Virus record (IMG/VR): IMGVR_UViG_3300013120_000738
Coordinates: 1 to 64,000 of that record
Length of the DNA: 64,000 bases
Direction: 5' to 3' (one strand)
The translations under genes were made by a program, and so were the position numbers. Shown here in pieces: positions 29,041 to 39,633 of this stretch (the first letter of the stretch is position 1; every line of letters begins with the position of its first letter). Below the pieces are notes generated by a model. That model had not been told where the DNA came from. It saw only the letters and a program-made list of their open reading frames with translations, and did no database searches.

Positions 29041-32015
29041 TGTCTAGACCACAAATCGACTACATCTACGAAGAAATTTATGGTACCGCCGCACAAGGTA
29101 GTGTTACTTATGGTGACACGTATAGTGAGAATCTCATAACTATCCCGACTGGATCATTCACTCCTGGATACTGGTTGGCTCTCCTAGGATATGAGATGGT
29201 TGGGATGGGGAGTCTCCATAATCCTAGTGCGGATTTTACTACATTTCAAATGGATGGTACTCCCATCCCATCGGGAGGTACATTAGCTCATGATTGGACC
29301 GGTACATGGAGCCGACCTATTTGGGACATGCACCAACCAATACAGTCTTTTGGAACACATACAGGCTGGTTAGATGCGACTGATGAATATTCGGTTGGTT
29401 TTATAGCCCAAAGAGATTACCTCATAAGAAATGTAAGATTATTCCTTATGAGGATTTCTGAAGAAGGTAGTATTACCAATCTACCTTTTTATCTCGGTGG
29501 TGCATCTACACCAGTTTCGATGTTCTCAATATTCACCGAGATGCCCTCAAATACCTCTTCTCACTTCAGCGGTTCTAACGCTGCATTTACAATCGCAAAT
29601 CCTCAACTTAGCGGAGGACTAGGTGATAGATGTCTTGCAATCGGAACTGTTTGTGTAAGGTCTTCAGGTGTAAATTGGCCTGGGCCTATGGAATTTTGGA
29701 TGGAACACTATTATGATACTATTACTATAAACGCCAGTAACTCTCTAATTATTCCGCGCATGCATATGCCACCAAACGATGTTGGCAAATCAAGTTCTGA
29801 ACAGCGATGTTATACTTTCATATTCCCATTCGATGCCGTTATGTCAACCATATCAATGCGAATGAATTATGAATATCCAGCAGGTGGATGGGGTGGGATG
29901 GCACATGTCGACAGCACTTATGAAGTAGGATTCAGAATCCAACTCTTGAATTTAGAAGGATTTTATGATCATACAACAGGTAGAGATACTTTAAGCGGTG
30001 CTTGGCCAACAGGTGCTTGGGGAGTAGGATGGCTTAGTGGCGGTAGTCAAGCCGATACTGTAGCAGATACATCAGAAGCCCCTGCTCTAACCCTTTTGAA
30101 CACAACTCAAAACCTCGGTGGCCCAAGCCCATTAACATATCCACTACAAAACCAAAGGATCAAGACGGACATAAGAACTTATGATGCCACAGACCCAATC
30201 ACACCAGAACCTGAATCAGATCACAAGGGTATACATGAATGGCACACTCTTGATGCATTTACTGCAGCAAATGGATGGAGCGACCCTGGAGTTACAGCTG
30301 ATCTAAGACCAATGAATGAGGTGCTTGCAGGATCTAGAATACCAATAAATCATATGGTAATAATGCCAGAGGGAGGACCAAGCACATATAATAGCCAACT
30401 CAGGCCAATGAGTACTTCTCCAGACCCAGTACAAACAAGGCCTGGAACAACAGATGTTAGAACATGGGCCTCGTTTACATTATCAGACAATAGAGAATAT
30501 CATACAGGTGCTGGTGGCGGAATAATCACTCTATTCAAGGGAGAAGGTGATGGTATAGCAGAGGTAGAAGCTACTATAGATCACACCACAGATGCTCTAT
30601 TACAAGCGGAAATAAGTGTCACACATACTACTGATGCGAGATTATTATTACCAGCTACAGTACTACATGAACAAACAACTGACGCTCTATTACAAGCAGA
30701 AATAAGTATCACATATACTACTGACGCTTTATTAGCCGAAGAAGTCTCTATAACCCACACGACCGAAGCAGAATTGTTTGAGGTATTAGCTGTAACTCAT
30801 ACTACAGATCTGTTATTATTTGAATCTGATATCCCACAGGACCACACAACAAACGCTCTATTATGGGCAGAACAAACCCTTACTCACACTACAGATGCTG
30901 AAATAAAATTCCAATACGATATTGACCACACTACCGATTCTCGCGTCTTTGGAGCATTAAAGCATAGTTCTGATGCTTCTGTATTATGTGTTGGAACTGC
31001 TATTAGCCATACTACTGATTGTTGGGCAGCGGTAGCAGTTGAACAGACATATGATCACACAACCGATGCTCTATTATGGTCAGAGGGTAGTCTAGCTCAT
31101 ACTACCGATGCCGCTATATGGGCCTTAGAAGAATTAAGTCACACAACAGATTTATTAATATACCGATCACACAGAAAGTCATATACTACTGATGCATCGA
31201 TGCAAGAAATTAACATTGTATTGTCACATACTACTGATGCATTTATTGGCAATGTAGTAGGACACCATACAAACGCATTATTGAAAGAAGAAGTACAAAT
31301 AACTCACACTACAGATTCAATATTATCTGAGCAACATGACATAACTCATACCACTGACACATTATTGGCAATTCAAAGAGGTGCAGCCCATACCACCGAT
31401 GCAATCCTCGCAGAAGAACACCAAATAACCCATACCACAGACGCAATCTTGGCAGAAGAACACGATCTACCATATACTACTGATGCATGGCTAACCGGAT
31501 TCAAAATACAAACTACAGATGCTAGTCTATTAGAGACTATTGAGATAGAACAAACAACGGATGCATTAATCAAACGAGAAGTCCGAATATGGCATGGTAC
31601 AGATTCCGAATTGCGAGACGAAGGAAGATTATGGCATAGTACCGATGCTCTAACATCCTGGGAAACAGATGGCGTTGGTAGTATTAATTTTGGTGATTTA
31701 GTAACTCTTCCTTCAATTGCCGCATCAGCAACAGCGTATAAATCATTATTCATTACTGGTATAGCGGAAGAAGATCATGAGACTTTCCCGCCAGATGGAC
31801 ATGTTGATTCAGTCTACGAAGAGAATATGAATACATTAGATGGTTGGCGACCACCAGATCAATTCGGGCGATACCCGACAGATCCCGATTATCCTAATGC
31901 AGATCCTAAACCATGTAGCCCATGCAGTGGTGGAACTAGTGGTAATATTCCACGTAAGACTATCCACCAACAATCTAGTGAAGATTGTTCTTGCGACGAA
32001 GATAGTACCGAATAG
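29040..32015 (+). CDS. Large fibre-like protein with about 26 HTTD repeats
   Basis: TAATG coupling at 29038-29042; beta-rich N-terminal domains then a repeat shaft. Confidence 0.7.
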   Translation: MSRPQIDYIYEEIYGTAAQGSVTYGDTYSENLITIPTGSFTPGYWLALLGYEMVGMGSLHNPSADFTTFQMDGTPIPSGGTLAHDWTGTWSRPIWDMHQPIQSFGTHTGWLDATDEYSVGFIAQRDYLIRNVRLFLMRISEEGSITNLPFYLGGASTPVSMFSIFTEMPSNTSSHFSGSNAAFTIANPQLSGGLGDRCLAIGTVCVRSSGVNWPGPMEFWMEHYYDTITINASNSLIIPRMHMPPNDVGKSSSEQRCYTFIFPFDAVMSTISMRMNYEYPAGGWGGMAHVDSTYEVGFRIQLLNLEGFYDHTTGRDTLSGAWPTGAWGVGWLSGGSQADTVADTSEAPALTLLNTTQNLGGPSPLTYPLQNQRIKTDIRTYDATDPITPEPESDHKGIHEWHTLDAFTAANGWSDPGVTADLRPMNEVLAGSRIPINHMVIMPEGGPSTYNSQLRPMSTSPDPVQTRPGTTDVRTWASFTLSDNREYHTGAGGGIITLFKGEGDGIAEVEATIDHTTDALLQAEISVTHTTDARLLLPATVLHEQTTDALLQAEISITYTTDALLAEEVSITHTTEAELFEVLAVTHTTDLLLFESDIPQDHTTNALLWAEQTLTHTTDAEIKFQYDIDHTTDSRVFGALKHSSDASVLCVGTAISHTTDCWAAVAVEQTYDHTTDALLWSEGSLAHTTDAAIWALEELSHTTDLLIYRSHRKSYTTDASMQEINIVLSHTTDAFIGNVVGHHTNALLKEEVQITHTTDSILSEQHDITHTTDTLLAIQRGAAHTTDAILAEEHQITHTTDAILAEEHDLPYTTDAWLTGFKIQTTDASLLETIEIEQTTDALIKREVRIWHGTDSELRDEGRLWHSTDALTSWETDGVGSINFGDLVTLPSIAASATAYKSLFITGIAEEDHETFPPDGHVDSVYEENMNTLDGWRPPDQFGRYPTDPDYPNADPKPCSPCSGGTSGNIPRKTIHQQSSEDCSCDEDSTE
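30582..31655 (+). repeat. About 26 copies of an 11-16 aa (mostly 14 aa) H/Y/Q-T-T-D-A-x-L repeat
   Basis: Counted in the translation. Confidence 0.9.
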
Positions 32016-32025
32016 TTCGGTAATG

Positions 32026-32490
32026 CTATTTTCTAATAAGAGCAATAATGTTTAATAATAGGTTATCTCTAATAAATATGTATAGTGCCGTTTCGATAAC
32101 GATGATCGCTATAATACTCCAATAGAATGGTACATTTGTTGCGAATATCCATCCTAGAGAGCATATCACTAAATCAGATATAGAATTTACTATAGCATCA
32201 CCAGCATACGTTGGATGGCCTTTCCTTCTATATTTCTTAATAATATATTGCGTATTTTCAATTATCTCCCATACAAATTCAGCTCCGAGAGCTATTACCC
32301 ATGGTAAACCTATAAGGCTAAAAATCACTCCGTGAAGGAAATGAGACCATGTATAAAAATCGACTATTCCGCCGCTGTTTAAATGAGGAGCGTACCATGC
32401 TCTGCCCATCAGACGGAGTATGATCACTAATAAAACGATATAGACAAATAATACCACCATATTTATACATAGAAATGGCCCGACGAGCAA
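32026..32490 (-). CDS. DUF2585-like membrane protein
   Basis: D.YTWSHFLHG...WEIIENT..II..YR...Y.GDAIVNSISD. Confidence 0.75.
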   Translation of the reverse strand: MLVGPFLCINMVVLFVYIVLLVIILRLMGRAWYAPHLNSGGIVDFYTWSHFLHGVIFSLIGLPWVIALGAEFVWEIIENTQYIIKKYRRKGHPTYAGDAIVNSISDLVICSLGWIFATNVPFYWSIIAIIVIETALYIFIRDNLLLNIIALIRK

Positions 32491-32545
32491 CCTCGCCGGG
32501 CCATATCCGCCGCGTAATTCAGACCGAATCCCAAATCATTCGAGA

Positions 32546-32944
32546 TTACAGGTCTGGTGTTAGGTCCCGTGCGTCCTGATGCAGGTCGCCAGTAAGGCCT
32601 GCCACGGTGTTGGTCAGGAACTTGTCGTGACCGATTTGGAAAGCGAAGTCCACAGCAGAAATGTTCGCTTGGGCATTCGCGAAGGACACCTGATCCACCA
32701 AGCCGATGACAATCGGGAATCCACGCGTTGCGTTGTGCCGTGCTTCGCCCATATATGGGCTGAAGTCGGCCGTGGTCGTGTCGCGGGCCTTTACCTCAAC
32801 CAGGATTTCGTTCGCCGGAATACTCATGACCAGCGGACGAAGTCGCTTGATCAAGGCCGCGACCGACTCGTGACGGTGCATCTGCCGGAAAGATCTGATC
32901 CTCCGGAATACCGTAATGTCGGTATTAGCTGGTTGTGCAGCCAT
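32546..32944 (-). CDS. Hypothetical, probably abundant virion protein
   Basis: Strong C-ending codon bias like the sheath and tube genes; SD GGAGG; CAAATATA upstream. Confidence 0.6.
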   Translation of the reverse strand: MAAQPANTDITVFRRIRSFRQMHRHESVAALIKRLRPLVMSIPANEILVEVKARDTTTADFSPYMGEARHNATRGFPIVIGLVDQVSFANAQANISAVDFAFQIGHDKFLTNTVAGLTGDLHQDARDLTPDL

Positions 32945-33030
32945 GAGTGTTGGCCTCCATTTTACCTTGAGTTAGTAACCATTACAATTTATATTTGCTG
33001 AGAGAAGCAACTGCTTCAATTACATATTGA

Positions 33031-33790
33031 TCAATACGATCCACTAAAAATTTTCCGCCTAACAGTAAACGGTCTCCAGGTCTGTCTGGCCTGGGGTTGA
33101 ACTCTTTTAAAACGTGGCAGATTCTCCGCATTATATTTATTATTTATATTAGTCACTCTATGGTTATGTACATTATCATGAATAGTAATCAAATCCTCAG
33201 AACCAATATCCCTTAAAGAACAAGAGGCAATGTTATGGGAATTCACCAAGTGATTCCTAAGATCTCCTGACCAACCCCATGTGCTACCAGGTAATCTAGT
33301 GATTGGTGGCAACTTCGCAAGATCTTTAGATTTCAAATGCTCAACTATTTCCTCATAACCAAGATAATTAGTCCTGAACCAACCACGACTCGTTTTCGTA
33401 TAAACAACAAGCTGCGGAACTATCATCTTCTTTACAAGATCACCAATCTTGATAGAGTGTTTCTTATCGATCCGCAATTCTGAAACATGCGATAAATCAT
33501 TCAGATCATCAAAATATTTCTCTTTTAGTCTATCACAAGGTATACAATTCGGGCCAGTCAACAATATATGGATAGGCTTCCCAGATTCCATCGCCGCAGC
33601 TCTAGCAACAGCATAATCAGATGGCAATTCCTTCTTTTCAGCAGTTAAACTCCAAGGATCTTTAAGACTCCATATAGATGTTGTAGTAACCAAAACTCCA
33701 TATAGATGTTGTAGTAACCAAACTCCACTCGTTACCGTACCCAACACCTATGACAAGGACGAATACGATAGAAAATATTACACCTCTCAT
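33031..33790 (-). pseudogene. Secreted thioredoxin-like protein, frameshifted by a 28-bp duplication
   Basis: SD AAGGAG + ATG 33790 gives a signal peptide but stops at codon 43; CIPC thioredoxin fold lies downstream in another frame. Confidence 0.7.
33668..33727. repeat. 28/27-bp tandem duplication
   Basis: ctccatatagatgttgtagtaaccaaa(a) x2 plus ctcca. Confidence 0.9.
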
Positions 33791-33794
33791 CTCC

Positions 33795-34772
33795 TTACCC
33801 TTTATTAATAGGGTTCTCCAAGTCTAGATCCATGGTTACCATCATCCGGATGAGTTCTTTAAAGCTTATTTCGGGCTCCCATCCGAGCTCCTTCTTAGCC
33901 TTACTAGGATTTGAATGCAATAAATTAACGTCAGCAGGCCTCAAAAATTTCGGATCAATCTCCACATATTCTTCATAATCCAGCCCAACACACTCGAATG
34001 CTAATTGGGCTAATTCTCGTACGCTATGTGTTTCACCGGAACCAATCACAAAATCCCCAGGCTCATCTTGTTGGAGCATCAACCACATAGCCCTAACATA
34101 ATCCTTAGCATGGCCCCAATCCCTCTTAGCATCCATATTACCAAGATATAACTTATCCTGCAACCCTAATGAAATCCTGGCAGCAGCTCTAGTGACTTTC
34201 CGTGTCACAAATTCATATCCGCGTCTTTCAGATTCATGATTGAATAATATACCATTACTGCAGAACATATCATAGCTCTGCCTATAATTTATAGTAGTCC
34301 AATATGCTGCCAACTTCGCAATAGCATATGGACTCCTCGGTCTAAATGGAGTATTCTCATCTTGTGGCGTCTCCGCTACATCTCCGTATAATTCACTACT
34401 ACTGGCCTGATAAAACCGCACATTCTTATCAACAAGTCGTATGGCTTCCAAGACCTTGAAAACACCTAAAGAATTGATACCAACAGTAGTGATAGGGTGA
34501 TTCCAACTAGCGGGAACAAATGATTGTGCTGCCAAGTTATACACTTCGTGGGGACGTATTTTATCGATCAATTTCATAACCGAAGATTGATCAGTAATAT
34601 CCCCAAAATGCATAGTGATTGAGTCAAGTATATGATTTATCCTAGCAGTATTCGGCGTACTAACACGCCTTGATGCACCATGTACATCGTAATCCTTTTC
34701 TAGTAAGAATTCCGCAAGGAATGATCCATCTTGACCAGTAATACCTAGAATCAATGCGCGTTTCTCAGACAT
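33795..34772 (-). CDS. gmd: GDP-mannose 4,6-dehydratase
   Basis: [48 protein letters not shown]. Confidence 0.95.
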   Translation of the reverse strand: MSEKRALILGITGQDGSFLAEFLLEKDYDVHGASRRVSTPNTARINHILDSITMHFGDITDQSSVMKLIDKIRPHEVYNLAAQSFVPASWNHPITTVGINSLGVFKVLEAIRLVDKNVRFYQASSSELYGDVAETPQDENTPFRPRSPYAIAKLAAYWTTINYRQSYDMFCSNGILFNHESERRGYEFVTRKVTRAAARISLGLQDKLYLGNMDAKRDWGHAKDYVRAMWLMLQQDEPGDFVIGSGETHSVRELAQLAFECVGLDYEEYVEIDPKFLRPADVNLLHSNPSKAKKELGWEPEISFKELIRMMVTMDLDLENPINKG

Positions 34773-34820
34773 AAGCTCCTCCAAAGATAGATTATGAAAT
34801 ATATACAACAGAGATAAATT

Positions 34821-35312
34821 ATGCCAAGAACAGAAACAGGTTGGTCAGCATACAGGACATGGTATCATCCTGTAGAACAGATACGCGATAGTGTGCATTC
34901 TATTGCATTTGACGAAGAACAAACGAATTGGCTTCTAGGCGATGAAGATATAGATTTTCCCGACCCACATACAGAATCTCTAGATGGCCTCGCTCCATTA
35001 ATGATAGAAAATAATCTACATGGAAAATGCATCTTAATGATACAATTCTATATTGAATCAGTCACTATAAACGATCATGAAGAACAAAACGAAGAACTAA
35101 GTAGTGCTTATCTATTAAAATTAGATGATTATGGCAACGAAGTTGCATCAGTACGCGTGCCGGAGACCATAGCAATGCCAATAGCAAAAGCATTTAAAAG
35201 AGAGATACAAGATACCCCATACGAGATTGATCGAGAGTGGAACCACTCAGATGAGATTCAAGAGGACTCAATACCTGATATAGTTGCATCACTCATCACA
35301 GAAGATCCATAA
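34821..35312 (+). CDS. Hypothetical acidic protein
   Basis: 163-aa ORF. Confidence 0.6.
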   Translation: MPRTETGWSAYRTWYHPVEQIRDSVHSIAFDEEQTNWLLGDEDIDFPDPHTESLDGLAPLMIENNLHGKCILMIQFYIESVTINDHEEQNEELSSAYLLKLDDYGNEVASVRVPETIAMPIAKAFKREIQDTPYEIDREWNHSDEIQEDSIPDIVASLITEDP

Positions 35313-35349
35313 ATACATCTAGCGTATTTAAAGAGTGAAACTGCAGATG

Positions 35350-35416
35350 GGTTCCGATCGTTTCGGAACCAGTCCCCGTGTTTCGATCCTAGTAACGGGG
35401 GATCGAACACGGGGAC
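35350..35416. terminator. Tandem hairpins between convergent genes
   Basis: GGTTCCGA/TCGGAACC (8 bp), then GTCCCCGTG-t-TTCGATCC / GGATCGAA-CACGGGGAC (17 bp). Confidence 0.65.
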
Positions 35417-35420
35417 AATT

Positions 35421-37601
35421 TTATACTTCGGCTTCGACGGCTTCTTTATCCGGCTTCTCCAGCACAACCTCTCCATCGATCGCCTTCTTAAGGTAATCTA
35501 TGGAAATAATACCACAGCCGTACTTCTCAGCCTTCTTCGTTTTATTAGAACTGCTTGTTGCATCCTTCTGGACAAGAAAGTCCAATGCCTTAGACACACC
35601 AGATTTAACCGTGCCACCTAATCGTTCGATGTCACCGATATAAGCCCTAGTGCCTGTTAAGCAGAAAGACAGGCCTGTAAAAATTTTCCCTTCTGCCGGT
35701 TGAGTCATCACTCCATCACCATCGGTGTCAACCGGTTCATCCTCCTGAGTCTCTTCTTTGATCGTGACACCAACCGACCGCAACTTCTCGATCAAGGGGC
35801 GGCACTCATCGATACCCTTCCGGATTGACTCACGAATAGTGTCACCGAATCCGGGGATCTGAAGTGTAGCCAACTTCTGATCATCAAGCCAATCATCAAG
35901 AGCATCCAATTGACCACTCGCCGTACCTCGCAAGATCTCAACACGGCGGCGACCGAGCAGATCAATTCCAAGAGATCCTAAGAAAACATGAAGAGGTAAG
36001 CACTTCTTCGATGCGATATTCTTCACGATTTCCGAAGCTCGTGACTCGCCGATACGCACACCGCCATCAAGTTCAACATCCTTCATCTGATCAACGGCCA
36101 AGGTGTACAAATCAGCTGGGTCACCAACAAGACTATTATCCCACAGAGCCTTCAAGATCGTGTCACCGATCCCAAGGATTCCGGTACCTTTCTTCGAAGT
36201 CCCAATCCAATGATCAATCTTGCCAAGACCCACCGCTGGGCACTGAGAACTTGAACAATATGTGATAGCACCAGTCTTGCCCCTCATAGTCCTTGTCGTA
36301 GGTTCACCACAAGTTGGGCACCGCTTCGGTTCTTCGATTTGTTGGCGTGTAACATGTTTACGAACTCGACGCGTGATTTTCGGGATAATATCACCCGCTA
36401 GGATTACCTCGACGGTATCACCAATTGCGACGTCAAGACGATTGATCTCGTCCCAATTGTTCAAAAGGGCGTGAGTAACATTCACACCGCCGACGCGAAC
36501 TTCCTCAAGCAAAGCCGTAGGAATAACAGCCCCGGTATGGCCAACCGTCAAGATCACATCTTTAAGCGTAGTTTGGCCCGAGTAGTGCGGGAACTTGATC
36601 GCTCGAGCATACTTCGGACGCAGACGAGTCTTCTTGTCGGCAGTCACAAAGACATCTTGATGTGCAGCTTGATTCAAGCACACTACCACGCCATCGATCG
36701 CGAATGGAAGTTGTTCACGGCCGTCAAGTGTAGCTGCATAGAATTTCTTGACGTCGTCGATCGTTTTGCACACCTTGTGAGGAACAGGTCTAAATCCCAA
36801 TTGCTTCAGAAATTTGAATTTACCTGATTCCGTAGCGAATGGGTCGCCTGGCACTCCACCGTCACCGGCTTCAACATTGAATGCGATAAATCGCATTCTC
36901 TCACTATCTTGACCATCATCACGGCTGAAGCAACCATTACCAATAGCACGAGCATTGCTCTGGTCCTTTTCATCAATATCATCAAAGGGTTTGCCAAGGT
37001 CACGGGATCGGATCACTTTCCAATCCTCAGTATAGAGAATGGCCTCACCACGCACTTCCAAATCCAAAGCTTCCTCTAGGACTGTTGGGAGTCCTTGGAA
37101 GTTTGCACCGTTGGCGGTGATATCTTCGCCGACTGCCCCATTACCTCTCGAGGCTACCCGAACAAGTTTACCGGCCTTATAGCTGGCGCAGATACTGCCA
37201 CCATCGATCTTGAGCGATGTACAGACCTCTACAACACCATCGTCCTTGATCTTCTTGCAGACACCGGTGTACCAAGAATCGTACCCAAGGATACCGTCAT
37301 CAGTATTATCGAGCGAACCCATTGGGATAGCGTGAGTGACTTTATCACGCAGTTCGGCTTCGCTGAAGGGGGCACCAACCCGATCGATACGCTCGTCATC
37401 TGGTGCTTTTGCTTTGAGAGCCGGACGGAGGAGATCATACTCCGCATCGGTCATAATCGCTTCCGAGCCAACGCGGTAATATGCGTGGTCAGCCTTGTCG
37501 ATGAGCAATTGAAGCTTGTGAACCGGCAAGCTGTTGATCGCGGCTGCAAAGCCGTCTTCGTGGTGGCGTGAAGCCTTGATGAGGTCTTGTGCTGATGCCA
37601 T
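35421..37601 (-). CDS. ligA: NAD-dependent DNA ligase
   Basis: KIDG adenylation motif, RGNG..GEDIT, EVRGE, OB fold, CP.C zinc finger, HhH, BRCT. Confidence 0.95.
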   Translation of the reverse strand: MASAQDLIKASRHHEDGFAAAINSLPVHKLQLLIDKADHAYYRVGSEAIMTDAEYDLLRPALKAKAPDDERIDRVGAPFSEAELRDKVTHAIPMGSLDNTDDGILGYDSWYTGVCKKIKDDGVVEVCTSLKIDGGSICASYKAGKLVRVASRGNGAVGEDITANGANFQGLPTVLEEALDLEVRGEAILYTEDWKVIRSRDLGKPFDDIDEKDQSNARAIGNGCFSRDDGQDSERMRFIAFNVEAGDGGVPGDPFATESGKFKFLKQLGFRPVPHKVCKTIDDVKKFYAATLDGREQLPFAIDGVVVCLNQAAHQDVFVTADKKTRLRPKYARAIKFPHYSGQTTLKDVILTVGHTGAVIPTALLEEVRVGGVNVTHALLNNWDEINRLDVAIGDTVEVILAGDIIPKITRRVRKHVTRQQIEEPKRCPTCGEPTTRTMRGKTGAITYCSSSQCPAVGLGKIDHWIGTSKKGTGILGIGDTILKALWDNSLVGDPADLYTLAVDQMKDVELDGGVRIGESRASEIVKNIASKKCLPLHVFLGSLGIDLLGRRRVEILRGTASGQLDALDDWLDDQKLATLQIPGFGDTIRESIRKGIDECRPLIEKLRSVGVTIKEETQEDEPVDTDGDGVMTQPAEGKIFTGLSFCLTGTRAYIGDIERLGGTVKSGVSKALDFLVQKDATSSSNKTKKAEKYGCGIISIDYLKKAIDGEVVLEKPDKEAVEAEV

Positions 37602-37671
37602 TTTGGACTCCCTATTTGCGTTTTAAATACCTTCCAAGATATTGTTACAAATAGGGGTATGGCAGTTAAAT

Positions 37672-38925
37672 TCATTCGGTAGATTGGGCTTCCCTTTTCC
37701 TTCTCCTCCTCGCCCTTCTCGTTTCTGTATTCACATCCTCCCCATTACTCCGTTTCCCAATAAGCTTATTCAACCATCGAACAAAAGCATAGACACACCA
37801 CAGACCAGCTGTCATAAGTGCATAATATACACTTTCTGGCCATTCAGACGGTTTACCACCATCCCTGATCAATACCGCCGCAGGATGTAGTGGATATTTC
37901 AATTCTCCTTCCTCGGGTTTATTAGGAACGTTGGCCCACTGTATCTCCGGGATTCTATGTTGAAGAGCTCGTTGGCATACACCGGCTAAGTAAAATGCAT
38001 CTCTATCACTCATAGCAGAAGAGCATACTAGGACACGGCGTGAACCAAATACATCGATCTTTGTTGGACAGAAATCACCATGAACATAAGAATTAGCTTC
38101 AAATGTATCAGGTAATAATTGTTCATAACTTCTAATTATCGCATCACGATCATTATCTAAACCAACTAAGCGACATGTGTCATCCTTAACAATGCTCTCT
38201 ATTATCGGGGCATGTTGTGGACCACCATAAAATGCTACATCAACAAACCCTCTATGTAATGCCGATCGCATTTCATGCCAATCAGCAATACCATGAGCAG
38301 AATGTTGTCCTGGATTAAGACCGTAATGTTCTAGCACATATTCAGCACATCTACGGGTACCACTATCATATGGCCCGAGAAATATCCTACCATGTTCTAG
38401 CTTCGGAGCAATGTCTTTAAACAATATCGTGTTATTAGAGGTACCAATCGTATTTCTAGTCAGAAAGTCTCTAGTCACCAAGATATGTAAACAATTACGA
38501 TCTAATGGTAATAGAATTCTGATATGCTTTGACTCGCCGAAACCATCATGTGTAAATCCAATAACTCTACCAGTATTGTCCTTACTAACACTTTCTCGAT
38601 TTTCTTCGTAACCATCAGTGCCTATTGGGTCCAAAATATATTGTGTCACCCAGAATTTCCATGGTGAAGCTGATTGAGTTTCCATATATTCTGAGATCTC
38701 ATGTACTAACGCTTCTGTAGATCCACCACTAGGACCAACAAGAACATCTATCTTTCTGGTACTAATATAATCACGATAATGTGAAGCACTTATCACTAGG
38801 ATAAGCATGAATATCATACAGAACAATAACGGTATAGCATTCTCACTAATAAACCCAAATATCCATTTTAATATATGATATAGAAGAGAGCCAATCTGGT
38901 TTGGTAAATCGCTGAATCGTTCCAT
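37672..38925 (-). CDS. TAXI/NMT1-like solute-binding protein with N- and C-terminal TM anchors
   Basis: GP..SGTR..A..VL..YG, ALHRGFVDVAFY, PLHPAA. Confidence 0.7.
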   Translation of the reverse strand: MERFSDLPNQIGSLLYHILKWIFGFISENAIPLLFCMIFMLILVISASHYRDYISTRKIDVLVGPSGGSTEALVHEISEYMETQSASPWKFWVTQYILDPIGTDGYEENRESVSKDNTGRVIGFTHDGFGESKHIRILLPLDRNCLHILVTRDFLTRNTIGTSNNTILFKDIAPKLEHGRIFLGPYDSGTRRCAEYVLEHYGLNPGQHSAHGIADWHEMRSALHRGFVDVAFYGGPQHAPIIESIVKDDTCRLVGLDNDRDAIIRSYEQLLPDTFEANSYVHGDFCPTKIDVFGSRRVLVCSSAMSDRDAFYLAGVCQRALQHRIPEIQWANVPNKPEEGELKYPLHPAAVLIRDGGKPSEWPESVYYALMTAGLWCVYAFVRWLNKLIGKRSNGEDVNTETRRARRRRKREAQSTE

Positions 38926-39000
38926 TTGACATACCCCAGATATATCTTTGTGAATAATTATTTAACAAGGCTACATGTATTATCACAACGGAGGGCTAAA

Positions 39001-39633
39001 ATGAACGAACAGATGCAAATTACGGTTATCTCTTATATTCCTTTGTTGACCGGTAGAGCAGGTGAGATCCTAAGTCCGGAAGACTTCAATGAAGACAGAT
39101 TCAAGGATTGTCATCCCGGCAACGTAGAAGCGTGCTTATGGGCACAAATCAGCGAAGAAGAAGGTGTGGTACCTGTCTTCGTATTGGACCGAGCCCATGA
39201 AGTAGCAGATCATTTAGTAGAGTGGGCTGAGAATGATTTAGATAGATGGTTCGCTCTATGTTTCCAAGAACGTGGTGATCTATACACAGCACTTTTAATG
39301 CCAAATATCGATGAATCTATTAGGCGATTCAAACAAGCCCAAATGATAATCAATAGGTCAAAACCGCCAGAAGACGCAAAATATACAGCGATCTTTCATC
39401 CATTGAAATTTACGTCTCAATCTGAAAACACATTCAAAAAGGTACGCGACAGAATCAGGGATAGATCAAACGTCGGTTTCTTAGATATCACTGATATCGA
39501 TAAAGATAACCCACTAGATATTAATGAAGAAGATATTAAGAGTATTGGGCCATTTAATGTATGTTGGGACAGTACTGTATTTGGTCTTAATATAGAAAAT
39601 TTATGCTTTGAAGATGAAGAAGAGGCCACCTAG
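39001..39633 (+). CDS. Hypothetical protein
   Basis: SD GGAGG before ATG 39001. Confidence 0.65.
   Translation: MNEQMQITVISYIPLLTGRAGEILSPEDFNEDRFKDCHPGNVEACLWAQISEEEGVVPVFVLDRAHEVADHLVEWAENDLDRWFALCFQERGDLYTALLMPNIDESIRRFKQAQMIINRSKPPEDAKYTAIFHPLKFTSQSENTFKKVRDRIRDRSNVGFLDITDIDKDNPLDINEEDIKSIGPFNVCWDSTVFGLNIENLCFEDEEEAT

Noticed and set aside
37095-37571. 158-aa plus-strand ORF and similar antisense ORFs over ligA, sheath and ssb
   Set aside because: Expected open antisense frames of genes with biased codon usage
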